The notes: a model not told the origin generated them from the sequence alone. A stretch of DNA of 63,009 nt, filler included, from Nemertoderma westbladi (GCA_032718475.1; 4 parts of 4 records of this genome joined end to end with filler, not necessarily neighbours in it), one strand, 5' to 3'. Shown: positions 51,904-63,009, counted from the whole stretch's first letter. Numbers and translations: made by a program.

Positions 51904-52800
51904 TACTACTACTACTACTACTAGGTCAAGCAAACTCGGACAGTGGAAATGAGATCCTTCCAGGCTTCCTGATTCTCCATAGTTGTCGCAAAATTCGTTT
52001 CTCCCAAGTTCAGTATCCCTTTCAAGTTGATCTATATATGTTATGGCTGGTCGTCCACGACTACGCTTTCCATGATTTGGTTGCGAGAAAAGTAGATCTG
52101 GTATGACCTTGTCTTTACTTCGCCAGCAGTGCCCACTGAATCTTAATCTGCATTCACGGAGGATGGTTGATACACGTGGTATTGTACCATAAAGCGTGTT
52201 TATCATGTGTTGTCTCCAGCTGATGTTACGGGCTGCCCTTAGTAGTCTTGTGTAGCAACCATCAATTCGTTGTTCAAGTGATTTAGTCAGTGTCCAGGTC
52301 TCACCCCCGTATAAAAATACACTTTCCCCTGTGACTCAAAAGAACTTAGTCTGCAGGTGCCTGGAGAGATCTGATTTCCAGATGGTATCCATTTTTGATA
52401 GAGCTACCCAAGCCTTTGCTTTCCTAACTTCTATGTCCTTTTTGCTACTCTCTATCCATGTTCCAAGGTACTGGAAGTCGTCGACCTTCCTTAGCTAGTT
52501 GATTATTATCAATGGTTGTCAAGTTTCCATCAACATTAAAGGTCATGAATTCGGTATTGGTAGCATTTATATGCAATCCAGCCTACTTAGCAGCCCTCTC
52601 CACTTTATTTAGTAGAAGCTGTGCATCTGCTAGCGTATTAGAGAGCAGAGCGATGTCATCCACAAAGTCGTTGTCTGTGACTGTAGTTGCTGGATATCTA
52701 CTACTTCTGCATTCTTGAAGTGTGAATCCCAGATCTTCACCCTTTGTGGTCGTCCTCATTGCGTAATCCAGCACAATTACAAATAGTAATGGTGCTAATG
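51904..52800 (-). mobile_element. 5'-truncated RTE-clade retrotransposon (degenerate RT C-terminus) with (TAG)n tail
   Basis: Motifs LAPLLFVIVLDYAMR, DFVDDIALLSN, FLYGGETWTL, RLRFSGHCWR and RGRPAITYIDQL. (TAC)n on the + strand at 51904-51923. Confidence 0.88.
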
Positions 52801-53013
52801 TCGACCAGTATATAAACCCTTTGCGTTATTACATTTACCGTAATCACTATGACTGACTGCTGATCATGTGTCTGACGTCTGCTTATACTGCTGCAGTGTG
52901 GTATAAACCGGTAATGGTTCACATTTACGTTCACCGGTCCGGTTAGTTGCTACAATACAAAACTAAACTACTCCATCTAAACTGTTAACATCCTTCGTCT
53001 ATACAGAGCCGAG

Positions 53014-53952
53014 ATGAGTAAGCCTAAGGACTCTCGAGGGAAGCAATCGCTTGCGAAGTCCAAATCAACCTATAGCGTACCGGTACTTCCGATACAAAAC
53101 AACCCTGGTACCGTATCTTCCGACGAAGAAGAATGCGTTGTCGCGTCGACATTCGATTCTCCAGGTAATTCCCTTGCTGATACAGGCCTCTCTGTAAGTG
53201 ACCAAAAATTTGTCAATATAATTACCAAGCAAATTCGTACAGAAATGGCTCATCAGTTCTCCCAAAACAACAAAGGTATCAGTCGTCAAATAAACGATTT
53301 AGTTACATCTGTTGACTTTACTAACTCCCAACTGGAACAACATTCTGACCACATAACCGGTAAACTAGCTAAATTCAGCTCGAGGTTAGATAGCTCCGAT
53401 AAGGTCATTATTAGTGACCGCATTATTCAACGTAAGTGGAACCTAATTATATACGGTTTGGAGTCTAAAGGTACCGGTAACGAACCTAACAAAGTAACTA
53501 AATCTCTCTTCTCGAATCTCACTATGTCGGTTGGTATTTGCTCCAACCAGCCTTTAGCAGCTTGTCATCGCCTTTCTTCTGGACCAAAGGCCCCAGTTAT
53601 TGCTCGCTTCATTTGTCTCGATGACATACAGGAGTGGTTTGGCAAAATAGCGGTTCTTGGTAAATTAAACCCTCCGATTACAATCTCTCGTGATCTCCCA
53701 TCGGAACTCTTGCCTATTCGCAAAGACTTACTCCAATTAAAGAGATCCATGTCGCCCGAAACCCGCAAAACAACCCATCTAATAATTGATCATCGATCAT
53801 ACCCGTTCATTTACTTGAAAAGTAAAGACGGATCTGTAACCACATCGAATCTAATACCTACAATACCGGAAATTCCATCTATCGCCTCAATCCCCGAAAC
53901 AACATCCGCTGCGAAGTCTATTCGTGGCAGGGGACAAGGACGCGGGAAGTAA
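53014..53952 (+). CDS. LINE ORF1p-like protein (coiled coil plus L1-type RRM); no ORF2 visible downstream
   Basis: Motifs RKWNLIIYGL, ACHRL...PVIARF and ISRDLPSELLPIRKDL are typical of LINE ORF1. Intact 312-aa ORF. Confidence 0.75.
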   Translation: MSKPKDSRGKQSLAKSKSTYSVPVLPIQNNPGTVSSDEEECVVASTFDSPGNSLADTGLSVSDQKFVNIITKQIRTEMAHQFSQNNKGISRQINDLVTSVDFTNSQLEQHSDHITGKLAKFSSRLDSSDKVIISDRIIQRKWNLIIYGLESKGTGNEPNKVTKSLFSNLTMSVGICSNQPLAACHRLSSGPKAPVIARFICLDDIQEWFGKIAVLGKLNPPITISRDLPSELLPIRKDLLQLKRSMSPETRKTTHLIIDHRSYPFIYLKSKDGSVTTSNLIPTIPEIPSIASIPETTSAAKSIRGRGQGRGK

Positions 53953-54134
53953 TCGAGAAATCGACCTCGCCAACCTCTATAACGAGACTCATCTCGTGAT
54001 CTCACGCGCTGCTCAACAAGTTTGGGATCATTTAAAACCTTTATATAACAATCTTTGGTTCGCCAAATTCTCTACGTCTATAATTACAAGGTTTATTTTC
54101 TAGATTCTAGATTTTTCTATCTCCTGTAAATTTT

Positions 54135-54395
54135 TAGTCCAATTGTAGAGATGATTTCTGTAATATTCATTTAGTATTATTCAGTTAGCAAAATTTTATA
54201 TTCAGTGTAATTGGAGAGATAATTTTTCTAATTGGAGAGATTATTTTCGTAATATCCAGTCTAATTGGAGAGATAATTGTTGTAACATTCAGTCTAATTT
54301 CTATTTGGAGAAATAATTTTTTATATTTGGAATTACAATTTTTGTAATATGTGAGTCTAATTGGAGAGATACTTTTTTCGAATTGGAGAGATAAG
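54135..54395. repeat. Degenerate short tandem repeats
   Basis: Recurrent (C)TAATTGGAGAGATAATT motif, about 7 times. Confidence 0.7.
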
Positions 54396-54603
54396 AAGTA
54401 TCAAGCCAACGACCTACCAAGATATTTTTTTAAGCAACTTTATTTTCCTACGGAATAATTCAAGTGTAGCTAACCCAAGGTGTACTAAATAACAGGTCAT
54501 GCAGCGAGAATTGGCCTCCAATTATTGGAGGCTGAACATTTTTATTAAAGTGGGAGGGTGTACCTACGATTTTAAATCACACAAGATTAATAAAATTACC
54601 CAT

Positions 54604-54997
54604 ATTGGGGTTTTCGTAGTCGGTGATTCCATTTCCGATGTCAGTATTTATTTTTGACGGAATTTAGAATGTCTGTTTGTCTGTCTGTATGAGTGAGAAA
54701 AAATAAGGAAGATCACCACATAGCTAAAAAATGCTAAAATATTTTTATAGGGGTTTTCCTGGTCGGTGAGTACATTTCCAATGTCAATTTTCATGTTTGA
54801 AGGAATCTGGACTGTCTGTCTGTATGTCTGTTTGTTTGTCTGTATGTCTGTCAAAAAATAAAGAAGTTTACCACATATCTAAAATGTTCACTATAGCGGT
54901 TTTCCTAGTCGGTGATTTCATTTCCAATATCAGTTTTCATGTTTGACGGAATCTGGACTGTCTGTATGTCTGTTTGTTTGTCTGTATGTGTCTGTCA
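54604..54997. repeat. ~146-bp tandem repeat x3 with (CTGT/TTGT)n microsatellite
   Basis: GGTTTTC.T.GTCGGTGA...CATTTCC.AT.TCA recurs near 54607, 54752 and 54898. Confidence 0.85.
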
Positions 54998-55132
54998 ATA
55001 TGTAATATCATTAGAGTTATTATAACTGCTTCAAAAAATCGATTGAATTTACTACTATTAATACTAAAACTATAATAAAATAATACATATAAATTTAAAG
55101 CACAAGTTATATTCAGTTTAAGTAGAAAACAA

Positions 55133-57631
55133 TTACTGCAGCTTTTTTATTTTTGAAGGCACTTTCACATTCGATATTTTTCGTAAGGGGGTGGAGAATT
55201 TGCAAAAATTACTAAACAATATGTTAGAAATTTTTCGCAACAGGGAATCAGGGAATTGGGAATCTCTTGAATATGTATTTGAAATTTTTGTTAAAGCACC
55301 AATCAGACTCTTTCGGCAAAATTTAGTAATGGAACTGCGATAAAATTTCGTGCATAAATAACAATAAAAAAATAGTTCATCTGATGGGTAAGAAAGACCT
55401 CCTCTATTTAGCTCGGTAATAAATAAATATTGCTGGGTGTATTCCTGTGGTATGGAGTCGAATCCTATCTTGTATTGCGGAAAAGATTTTGCAATATACC
55501 CAGCCATATAAACAATGGATAAACTCTCGACTGAGCTATGTAGATGAGCTGGAGTAACATCGCTCAAACAAGCAATAATGGTATCGTCGGCATCTGTCAA
55601 TTCAATATTGCATGAACCGCAATTATGGCCCTGTTCACCAAGATCAATATTCAAATCCAATCTCAGGTATAAGCTAGCTGAGTCAATACGGTGCGTCTCT
55701 ACAAATTGTTGAACAGCTAGATAATAATTTCCCCCATGCGATTGCCGTATATGACCAAAATATCCTTCCAAATCATCGTCTTGGAAGAAATTAAGACAGA
55801 CATATTTGTGCCTTACTGGGAGATCAGTGGTGAGTAGGAATTCTGCGAGTTCTATCATTCCTTTACAAGTTTCAACTAACCCGAGGGATGTTTGCCTGGT
55901 AAGGCATTTAAACCGCTTGTTAGAAATGCGTTTTTGTTGCTTGGATATTCGGGTTGTTCTGCCAGGAATAACATTTTGCAATGAACACCTTCCCACTAAT
56001 CGCCGCTTGGCTGGAGGTTTACAGACTCTGGGTTTAACAACTTTATGAGTAATAACCCGCGGTTTGCTACCCATAAATCCAAATAATACAGACATTTTCG
56101 ATAAAAATAAAAGACTTGGATGGTCTACCCTATCAATAACTTTACGATCTAAATCGTAAAGTAAAATCGTAAAATTAAATAGTAGAACAATATCTGACCA
56201 ACAGGCACATCGAGTTGTTTTTGAAACATCATCAGGATCAAAAAATTCAAGTTTCTGTAATTTTTCCGTTATCCAGTTATTTCTAATCAATTTAAGGAGA
56301 TGCACGGTATCCTTCAGGTGTAATAACGGGGTTGGCGGGGATCGTCCAACCGGAATAGGAAAATCGTGCGCAAACTTACGATTCACATTAGTGTTGTCAG
56401 TAATAGTTGCCAATACAATACCCCCAAATTCTTCGATCGAATTAATGGCATTCTTTACAACGGTCACTTGGAATGCAGAATCTAGCGAATTAATTGGTAT
56501 CATTTTTACAACAAACTTGATGTTCGTGAACAAAAACTTCACCATGAGACACAAAAGAGTCTTCGCCATTTCGTCGGGTTTGTCAAGAGCCTTGCCGTAA
56601 ACCTCTCCACTGTGGTAGGTCAATTGTTCACTAACATAGACTTCATCGATTAATATAATTGAGTACTTTGATCGAGGTTGAAGTTTCGCTAACATTGATT
56701 TAATGTAATCGTTTTGAGGGACATTGCTCACCATAGAAGTTAGCGCTTGCAGGGTGCGTATTGACGGCAGTTGTAGCAAGTCTCTCAATTCAATGTATAA
56801 TCGACGAGATTTAGAATACAAGTGAAACGCGGTAATTAAATCATACCTCGAATAAATTCGACGATTTTTCGGAATATTAAGTAATTCTATTTGATGAAGG
56901 ATAAAGTTCCATTTGGAACGATTAGTTTCATCATCTTCTTTCTCTTCCTGGTCATGTTTAATAAATCGTATGAGTTCCTCAAGCTCACTCCACATAAGGA
57001 TATTTCGAATAAATGGATGTATAACCTTCCTTAATCCATAGAAACATCTGAGATTGGCAGATTCTATATTTGTAGCTGTAGGTAAAGCATTCAAGTGGAG
57101 AGACCATAAGGCATAGGGGGTATCAAGGTTTCTTTCTATACTAGATATATAAAATACGTCGTCATGTAATGTAATATCGGCAACGTCAGAGTAGCGCTTG
57201 GAAAACTCACCCAAGAATGTGGGGAATGTAATTGAATCGCGTTGTTTAAACTCAAGCATTTCATCTACCCCAGGAGACCGCACTTCGACTGTAGTCTTTG
57301 TAGAACTTGGTCGGGGAGGCGGTGGTGGCGTGGGTATGCAGGTTGGCGGAACGTTCGGAAATATGCTGGGAGGATGTATCGGCACTCTGGATCCCCCCTG
57401 CACGCCTTTAGTTTCTACACCAGGCGGCCAATGCACTGAACAGATTCCCATATTTTTTGTAACATCTTCTGGCTTAACGATATTCGGTAGGCGTTGCAAC
57501 CAGGCTTGCAATGCAAGTGGATCAGTTGGAAAGCGATATATTGGAATTTTTGTCTCCCCTGCTCCTAGAGTTCCATCCTTGAGTTTATCGTATCCAGTTC
57601 GGCAACCTCCAACACTACATTTCCTCGGCAT
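55133..57631 (-). CDS. THAP-domain P-element-type transposase, 832 aa
   Basis: THAP C2CH: MPRKCSVGGC..RFP..W...ICSVHW. Also LQLPSIRTLQ and catalytic-type motifs IDEVY, TDN, DTVHLLKLIRNNW and QDDDLEGYFGHIRQSHGGNY, then YMAGYI and LNRGGLSYPS. ATG at 57631. Confidence 0.92.
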   Translation of the reverse strand: MPRKCSVGGCRTGYDKLKDGTLGAGETKIPIYRFPTDPLALQAWLQRLPNIVKPEDVTKNMGICSVHWPPGVETKGVQGGSRVPIHPPSIFPNVPPTCIPTPPPPPRPSSTKTTVEVRSPGVDEMLEFKQRDSITFPTFLGEFSKRYSDVADITLHDDVFYISSIERNLDTPYALWSLHLNALPTATNIESANLRCFYGLRKVIHPFIRNILMWSELEELIRFIKHDQEEKEDDETNRSKWNFILHQIELLNIPKNRRIYSRYDLITAFHLYSKSRRLYIELRDLLQLPSIRTLQALTSMVSNVPQNDYIKSMLAKLQPRSKYSIILIDEVYVSEQLTYHSGEVYGKALDKPDEMAKTLLCLMVKFLFTNIKFVVKMIPINSLDSAFQVTVVKNAINSIEEFGGIVLATITDNTNVNRKFAHDFPIPVGRSPPTPLLHLKDTVHLLKLIRNNWITEKLQKLEFFDPDDVSKTTRCACWSDIVLLFNFTILLYDLDRKVIDRVDHPSLLFLSKMSVLFGFMGSKPRVITHKVVKPRVCKPPAKRRLVGRCSLQNVIPGRTTRISKQQKRISNKRFKCLTRQTSLGLVETCKGMIELAEFLLTTDLPVRHKYVCLNFFQDDDLEGYFGHIRQSHGGNYYLAVQQFVETHRIDSASLYLRLDLNIDLGEQGHNCGSCNIELTDADDTIIACLSDVTPAHLHSSVESLSIVYMAGYIAKSFPQYKIGFDSIPQEYTQQYLFITELNRGGLSYPSDELFFYCYLCTKFYRSSITKFCRKSLIGALTKISNTYSRDSQFPDSLLRKISNILFSNFCKFSTPLRKISNVKVPSKIKKLQ

Positions 57632-58099
57632 ATTCAATATCAACTCGGCCTTATACAATTATACAAATTGCGACAACCAGAATACAGGAATACAGCAATA
57701 TCAGAATTTACTTTAAGGCAGCTAGCTATTCAATAAGCCATGCCTACTTTCGGCCTACCCACCCCGTACCCGCTAACCTGTCTACTTTATGACTTTATTA
57801 ATTAGCTAATTAGCCGCAGAACTGTTAGGCTAGGCCTATTGCTGTAATGAAACAGTAAAAGCCAGAAAGCTGAAATTCATTATACTGTTATATCAGCAAC
57901 AGGTGCCTGACTGCCTGAGTACCGGTACTGTTATACACAACAGCGCAAACTGGTACAGAGAGAGCACTGCCTGAGTGCTGCACTAGCTGATGCGTAATTT
58001 TAGTAATCTTGTGTGATTTAAAATCTTAGGTATACACACTCCCACTTTAATAAAAATGTTCAGCCTCCAATAATTGGAGGCCAATTCTCGCTGCATGAC

Positions 58100-58199
58100 N
58101 NNNNNNNNNNNNNNNNNNNNNNNNNNNNNNNNNNNNNNNNNNNTTAATTAATTAANNNNNNNNNNNNNNNNNNNNNNNNNNNNNNNNNNNNNNNNNNNN
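58100..58199. other. Artificial contig linker
   Basis: N44-TTAATTAATTAA-N44. Confidence 0.97.
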
Positions 58200-59318
58200 G
58201 GCAAGATTTAAGTCAAATTTAAGGGCGGAATTAGAATTGTTCGAACGGAAATCCGGGAAATCCCTAATTCTACTACTAATCATCATTAAATTAATGATTG
58301 AAAATCATAATTAAAGTGGTAGATAAATGCATTGCACTGAATCTAAAATACCTGATATAATTACTAATAATTTTAGTAAATGGTTGACATCGTATATTCT
58401 ACATAAAATATTTCTAACCTGTAATTTCTTGAAATCGATGAATAAGTCGAATAGGATATTCAGCAAAATGATGCACGGTTCTAGTTTCTTTATTGATAAT
58501 GTAAACTTCCGCGAGAAAGCTGTGGAGGTTAGAAAATATTACAATTAGGTAAAGCAATCATTTTTATATAATTTACGTATCCACAATTTGAACAAAAATG
58601 AAATTTACACATGACTCAATATAACCAAACAACTACTGTTTTATTGAGAACAAATACAGAATTGCCCTGGTATGGTGTTTATTACACGTGGATGGTATGA
58701 CACTAATAAGAAAAACATCAAAGACAAATTACTTATATTAAACATGTAGAATTAAATACAATCGTATCGCTCTACTAGTTAGTCCTGATTAAAATTACAT
58801 AATGATTAAATCTTTTGATGATAAATTATTTAAAAATTTCACTCTTTTATACTATTAAGAAAAGTTAACAGTATACTTCATTCATGGCTGCTACTCCAAC
58901 GAAACAGATGAATCTCATGATCCCGAAATTCATCCCGTAAATTGTAATATAATTATTAATTGGTGAGGCGATTACTGCAGTGCGTTACTACGTAGGGCTA
59001 ATATTGGGTTAAATAGTATTTTGAGAAATAATATCAAGTGATTATTTTTCAAGTTGAAATTTCTCAATTTTTTTCAAATGAGTAATTTCTAATTTGAAGA
59101 ATGATATAGTTTGAAATATGATATATAGTTATTTTTATTTTATGTTTTAGAAGATGCCGAATCGAGTGGCAGTAATTTAGAATGCCCTGTTTACTTTTAG
59201 ATGTAATGCTAAGTATAAAAAGGCGCATTTGACATCTAAGTAATAGCGAAGTTATTGTTTCTCAATTATTCATATGAATATACTTATTATTAAATCTAGC
59301 TAAAATAGTGCAAATTAC

Positions 59319-60658
59319 CTGAACATCTGATAAGGTCCTGCCATTTCGGATACTCGTTTCAACATATATGTTTCTGCTCCACGTAGTGGAATTGCGGTGG
59401 ATGGCCAGTTGACTCCATGGTAACGATGTTCTAGTATGTTATGCAATGCTTTGTCCGTATAACGGTATCCATGGATGAAACCTCCAGCTGATTTTCTGAA
59501 ATCCAGTGAGTGAGCTATGGTTCCAATGAAGTAAAGGCCGGGAGTGTTGGTCTGGAAATCCTGGTTGATTTTTGGGAATTTCTCTGAGGTGGGAAACGCA
59601 TTACCAGGCGCCACTCTCGATCCATAAATTTTGCTGTCCCATTTGAATCCGGTGCAGCGGATAACCACATCGAATTGGTTAGTAGGAACCTCATCGGATT
59701 CTTTGATATCGTTACTAATGATATACTTTTTCGTTTTTGGGTCCACAACTATTGACATATTTCTAGCATCTCTTTGAGCAATAATGTTGAGGGATTTTAA
59801 CTGATACAAGTCAATGAACTCTGAATTGATTGCCCTGATGTCACCTACATAGTGAGTCTGCCAGGCAAGAATAGCTCGCTTTCCTGATAATACGGTTATG
59901 CTAGCAGCAACATCCCGAATATGATTGGCCGTCTCGAAAGCACTGTTAGCCTTCCCAATGATAAGAACATGTTTACCTCGGTATTTGGCCAAGTCTAAAT
60001 CCATGTCTTCATAACCCCAGATATAATCCTGTGTGAAACTGGCCTTGTGTGGAACCGCCCAACCCGTTGCTGCAAGAACTTTATTACAAGTATATACTTT
60101 TTGTGTTTTAGTAAACATAATAAACAAATTCGGTTCGCCATTCATTTTGTTGTCTTTGTTAAATTTAGAAACATATGTCACCTCGGTGTTGTAATCAATG
60201 TTTAGCTTCAATTTCCTGGAGTAGTCACTGAGATATTGTACCATATAATCTGCACTTGGGAACATCTGTTCGGTGTATTTACCAAATAAAAGATCTTCAT
60301 CATCACTTAGTAGGCTGTTCCAATCATGGCGTTCATTGAACAGTTTATTATCTCGGCCAGTATAGAGTTTATTAATGCTGATTAGGGTTCTATGTCGGGG
60401 CATTGTTGTGTAGTAAGAGCCACTAACATTGTTTCTCTCGATAACAATGTAATCACGGTTGGATGATTTTAGGAAGTAGGCCATTTGTAGACCAGCTGGC
60501 CCAGCGCCAAGAACACAGTAGTCATGGTGGATGGCGGCGTCCGAAGCTTTACGAGCTTGTTTATCGAAGTCTTCTTTGCTATCATCGTACATCATACAGT
60601 TCCCAGGAATAACGATCGAAAATATACATAGAAACACTAACATAATACCATAAGCCAT
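59319..60658 (-). CDS. FOXRED2: FAD-dependent oxidoreductase domain-containing protein 2 (ERFAD); first coding exon, 3'-partial
   Basis: Signal peptide MAYGIMLVFLCIFSIVIPG. Motifs DYCVLGAGPAGLQ, PRHRTLISINK, RHDWNSLLS, WQTHYVGDIRAIN and DFRKSAGGFIHGYRYT. The ORF ends at YQMF with AG|GTAATT, a splice donor at 59318. Confidence 0.93.
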
Positions 60659-60947
60659 TGTTGCTAATTCCAATATTGATAATGAATAAATATAGAAGGT
60701 AAGCAATTAAATAAACACACTATATTTAGGATATTTACCTCCCATTAATTTAAACCTCACTAAACTGTATACATGAGTGCGGTAATTTTTGCTAATTTAA
60801 AAATTCACATTGTTTGTCATGGCATGAGTGGCCAGGGCAAACAAAATAAGAAGGGATTACAAAATAAGTTAAGTATAATTTATGTAAAAATAATTCGAAA
60901 ATGTGTTTATAGACTGGCACACAACGATTCCCATAAATTTGTATGTA

Positions 60948-61330
60948 CCAGTGGAGTAGATGGTCTCCCCCTGAATTCTTTAAAATACCTGAGTGTTTAA
61001 AGCTCATCCCCTCAGCTCATTAGAACCTGCTGCTTCTAGTATTTTTGTTTCTTTTTGTTAACTCCAGGAAGACCAAATTTTGACAGATAACTCTTAAAGT
61101 CCTCAGGAATTGTCTAATCGTATGAGCATAAGCTGAAAAAATGGCATCTGTTACCTGGGATCATGGATTCAGAAGTCAGGTGAGGAGCTTCGATTACGCA
61201 AGGGAAACGGCATGGATATTGGACTGCATTGGATGGGCTTTCCGGGATTTGGAAGTCACACAGAATTCATCGGAAACTTAAGGTCCGATTATTTAGAGCA
61301 GTAGTAGTTCCAGTACTCCTCTATGTGAGT
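60948..61330 (+). repeat. Rearranged, diverged partial duplicate of the adjacent RTE
   Basis: 60948-61008 matches ~61757-61818, and 61009-61325 matches ~62522-62847. Confidence 0.85.
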
Positions 61331-61334
61331 CCAC

Positions 61335-63009
61335 ATCTCTACAAGGCGCAGAAAGAGTTCCGACTCAAACAGACTACAGCGGCCAAGAATGCAGTTAAGG
61401 CTGCATCTAGGTCCCTGAACAGGCAGTACTCTGTTAATTTACAGGAGCTAATAAACCAACAGGTTGATGCCATGAATGATGCTGACGACAGCAGGTAATC
61501 ATCCCAGGCATGGAGATCGATCAACTTGCTTGCTGGTCGAAAAAGCAACCCAACTACCAAGGTTAAGGCTGAATCACCAGCCGATCGCCTCAATGGTTGG
61601 AAGGCCCACCTTGAAAAGCTCCTCAATAATGACAGGGTATTGCCTGATAACTTTATCGAAGTAAAGTGTCTGAGTCTGTACTCCCAGATATTCCCATTGG
61701 TGATATCTCCTTTGCAGAAGTGAAGGCTGCTGCAAAGAGCATTAAGACCAATCGTGCCAGTGGAGTAGATGGTGTTCCCCCTGAGGTCTTTAAAATACCT
61801 GAGTGTTTAAAGCTCATCTATCCCATCATAGTAGACATGTACCGTACAACAAGAGTCCCACAAGAAATGAAAACAAATAAGTTGGTGCCAGTTCCCAAGA
61901 AGGGCAACCTAACATTCTATGGTTCTTTTCGGGGAATCTCATTGATCTCGATTGCTGCAAAGCTATACAATAGAATTCTATTAAATTGCATCAGGGATCC
62001 CATTGAGAGACTGCTCCGTGGAAATCAGAATGGGTTCCGTAAAGGTCGTGGGGCCATGGAGCCCATTTTGGCACTTAGAAGGATAATTGAAGAGTTATCA
62101 AAAAAGAAAGACAGGCATCTGGCTGTTATCTTTGTTGACTTCTTCCAGGCCTTTGATTCAGTCTCTCGCTCACGTATGTTCGCATACTTTCATTATATGG
62201 GATTCCTGATGAAATTATTGCAGCAATCAGATCAGTATACGAAGGTTCGACAACATTTGTGTCTACTGTTGACGGTGACACAGAACCATTTGAAGTGTTA
62301 TGGGGCGTCCTCCAAGGAGACACACTTGCACCATTCTTGTTCATTATTGTGGTTGACTATGTTCTACGCATGTCCTTAGATCATCATAATGATGATGGGG
62401 TGATGATAACTCCACCTACTGGCTCCAGAAGTCGAGGAAATCCTGCCAAGTACCTAACTGATCTAGACTTTGCTGATGACTTAGGAGTACTCTCAGAATC
62501 ATTAGAGGGAGCCCAACGTCTCCTCAGCTCATTAGAACATGCTGCTTCTAGTGTTGGTCTTTTTATTAACTCCAGAAAGACCAAAATTTTGACAGTTAAC
62601 TTTGAAAGTCCTCAGCAAGTCTCTGATTGGATGAGCATAAGCTCAAAGGATGGTATGCTTGAGCATGTGGACGACTTCTGTTACCTGGGATCATGGATCC
62701 GGAAGTCAGGTGAGGACCTTCGAATACGTAAGGGAAAGGCATGGGCAGCCTTGAATAGGCTTTCCAGGATTTGGAAATCACCGAGAATTAATCGGAAACT
62801 TAAGGTCCGGTTATTTAGAGCAGCAGTAGTTCCAGTACTCCTCTATGGGAGTCCATGCTGGGCTCTAACTGCTGAGGACACCAAATCTCTGGATGGCACA
62901 TTCACAAGAATGCTACGCCGGGTTCATTGTGTCAAGTACAATGCACACATCTCCAACCAGACACTATATAACATTGGAGGTGTCTCATTGGTTACCCCAA
63001 GCTTGACAC
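61335..63009 (+). mobile_element. RTE-clade non-LTR retrotransposon RT region, frameshifted, running off the window
   Basis: Motifs PKKGNL..FRGISLISIAAKLYNRIL, QNGFRKGR, FVDFFQAFDSV, GVLQGDTLAPFLF, LDFADDL, YLGS and LLYGS. Confidence 0.93.

Larger units (their letters stand above)
54496..58099 (-). mobile_element. P-superfamily (THAP9/Galileo-like) DNA transposon between >=104-bp inverted repeats
   Basis: 54496-54599 is the near-exact reverse complement of 57994-58099; the right arm runs into the gap. The pair encloses the transposase ORF. Confidence 0.7.

Overview
AT-rich, repeat-dense eukaryotic DNA, most likely from an invertebrate animal. It is not prokaryotic. The window is four contigs joined by artificial 100-bp linkers (N44-TTAATTAATTAA-N44 at 21682-21781, 43485-43584 and 58100-58199), so adjacency across linkers is not evidence of linkage. 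Three host genes are recognisable: an intronless LEKR1 homologue with a C-terminal frameshift, bracketed by ~65-bp inverted repeats; an intact intronless OSGEP/Kae1; and one very long coding exon of FOXRED2. There are also two orphan ORFs. The rest is mobile or repetitive. A ~16-kb array of a 208-bp satellite holds a 2187-bp solo LTR with a 5-bp TSD and a 2075-bp (10-monomer) tandem duplication. A CR1/L2-group LINE has a frameshifted ~1100-codon ORF1 that appears to carry a Ulp1/SENP (peptidase C48) domain and a 30-bp VNTR; its RT is cut by an LTR. A THAP/P-element transposase lies between ~105-bp inverted repeats. Also present are a gag-only LTR element with PPT and LTR, several RTE and LINE fragments, and nested MITE/Helentron-like repeats. 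The best novelty candidates are the Ulp1-bearing LINE ORF1, the IR-bracketed intronless LEKR1, and the open but internally deleted P transposase. Protein family calls come from motif recognition by eye, not from database searches.
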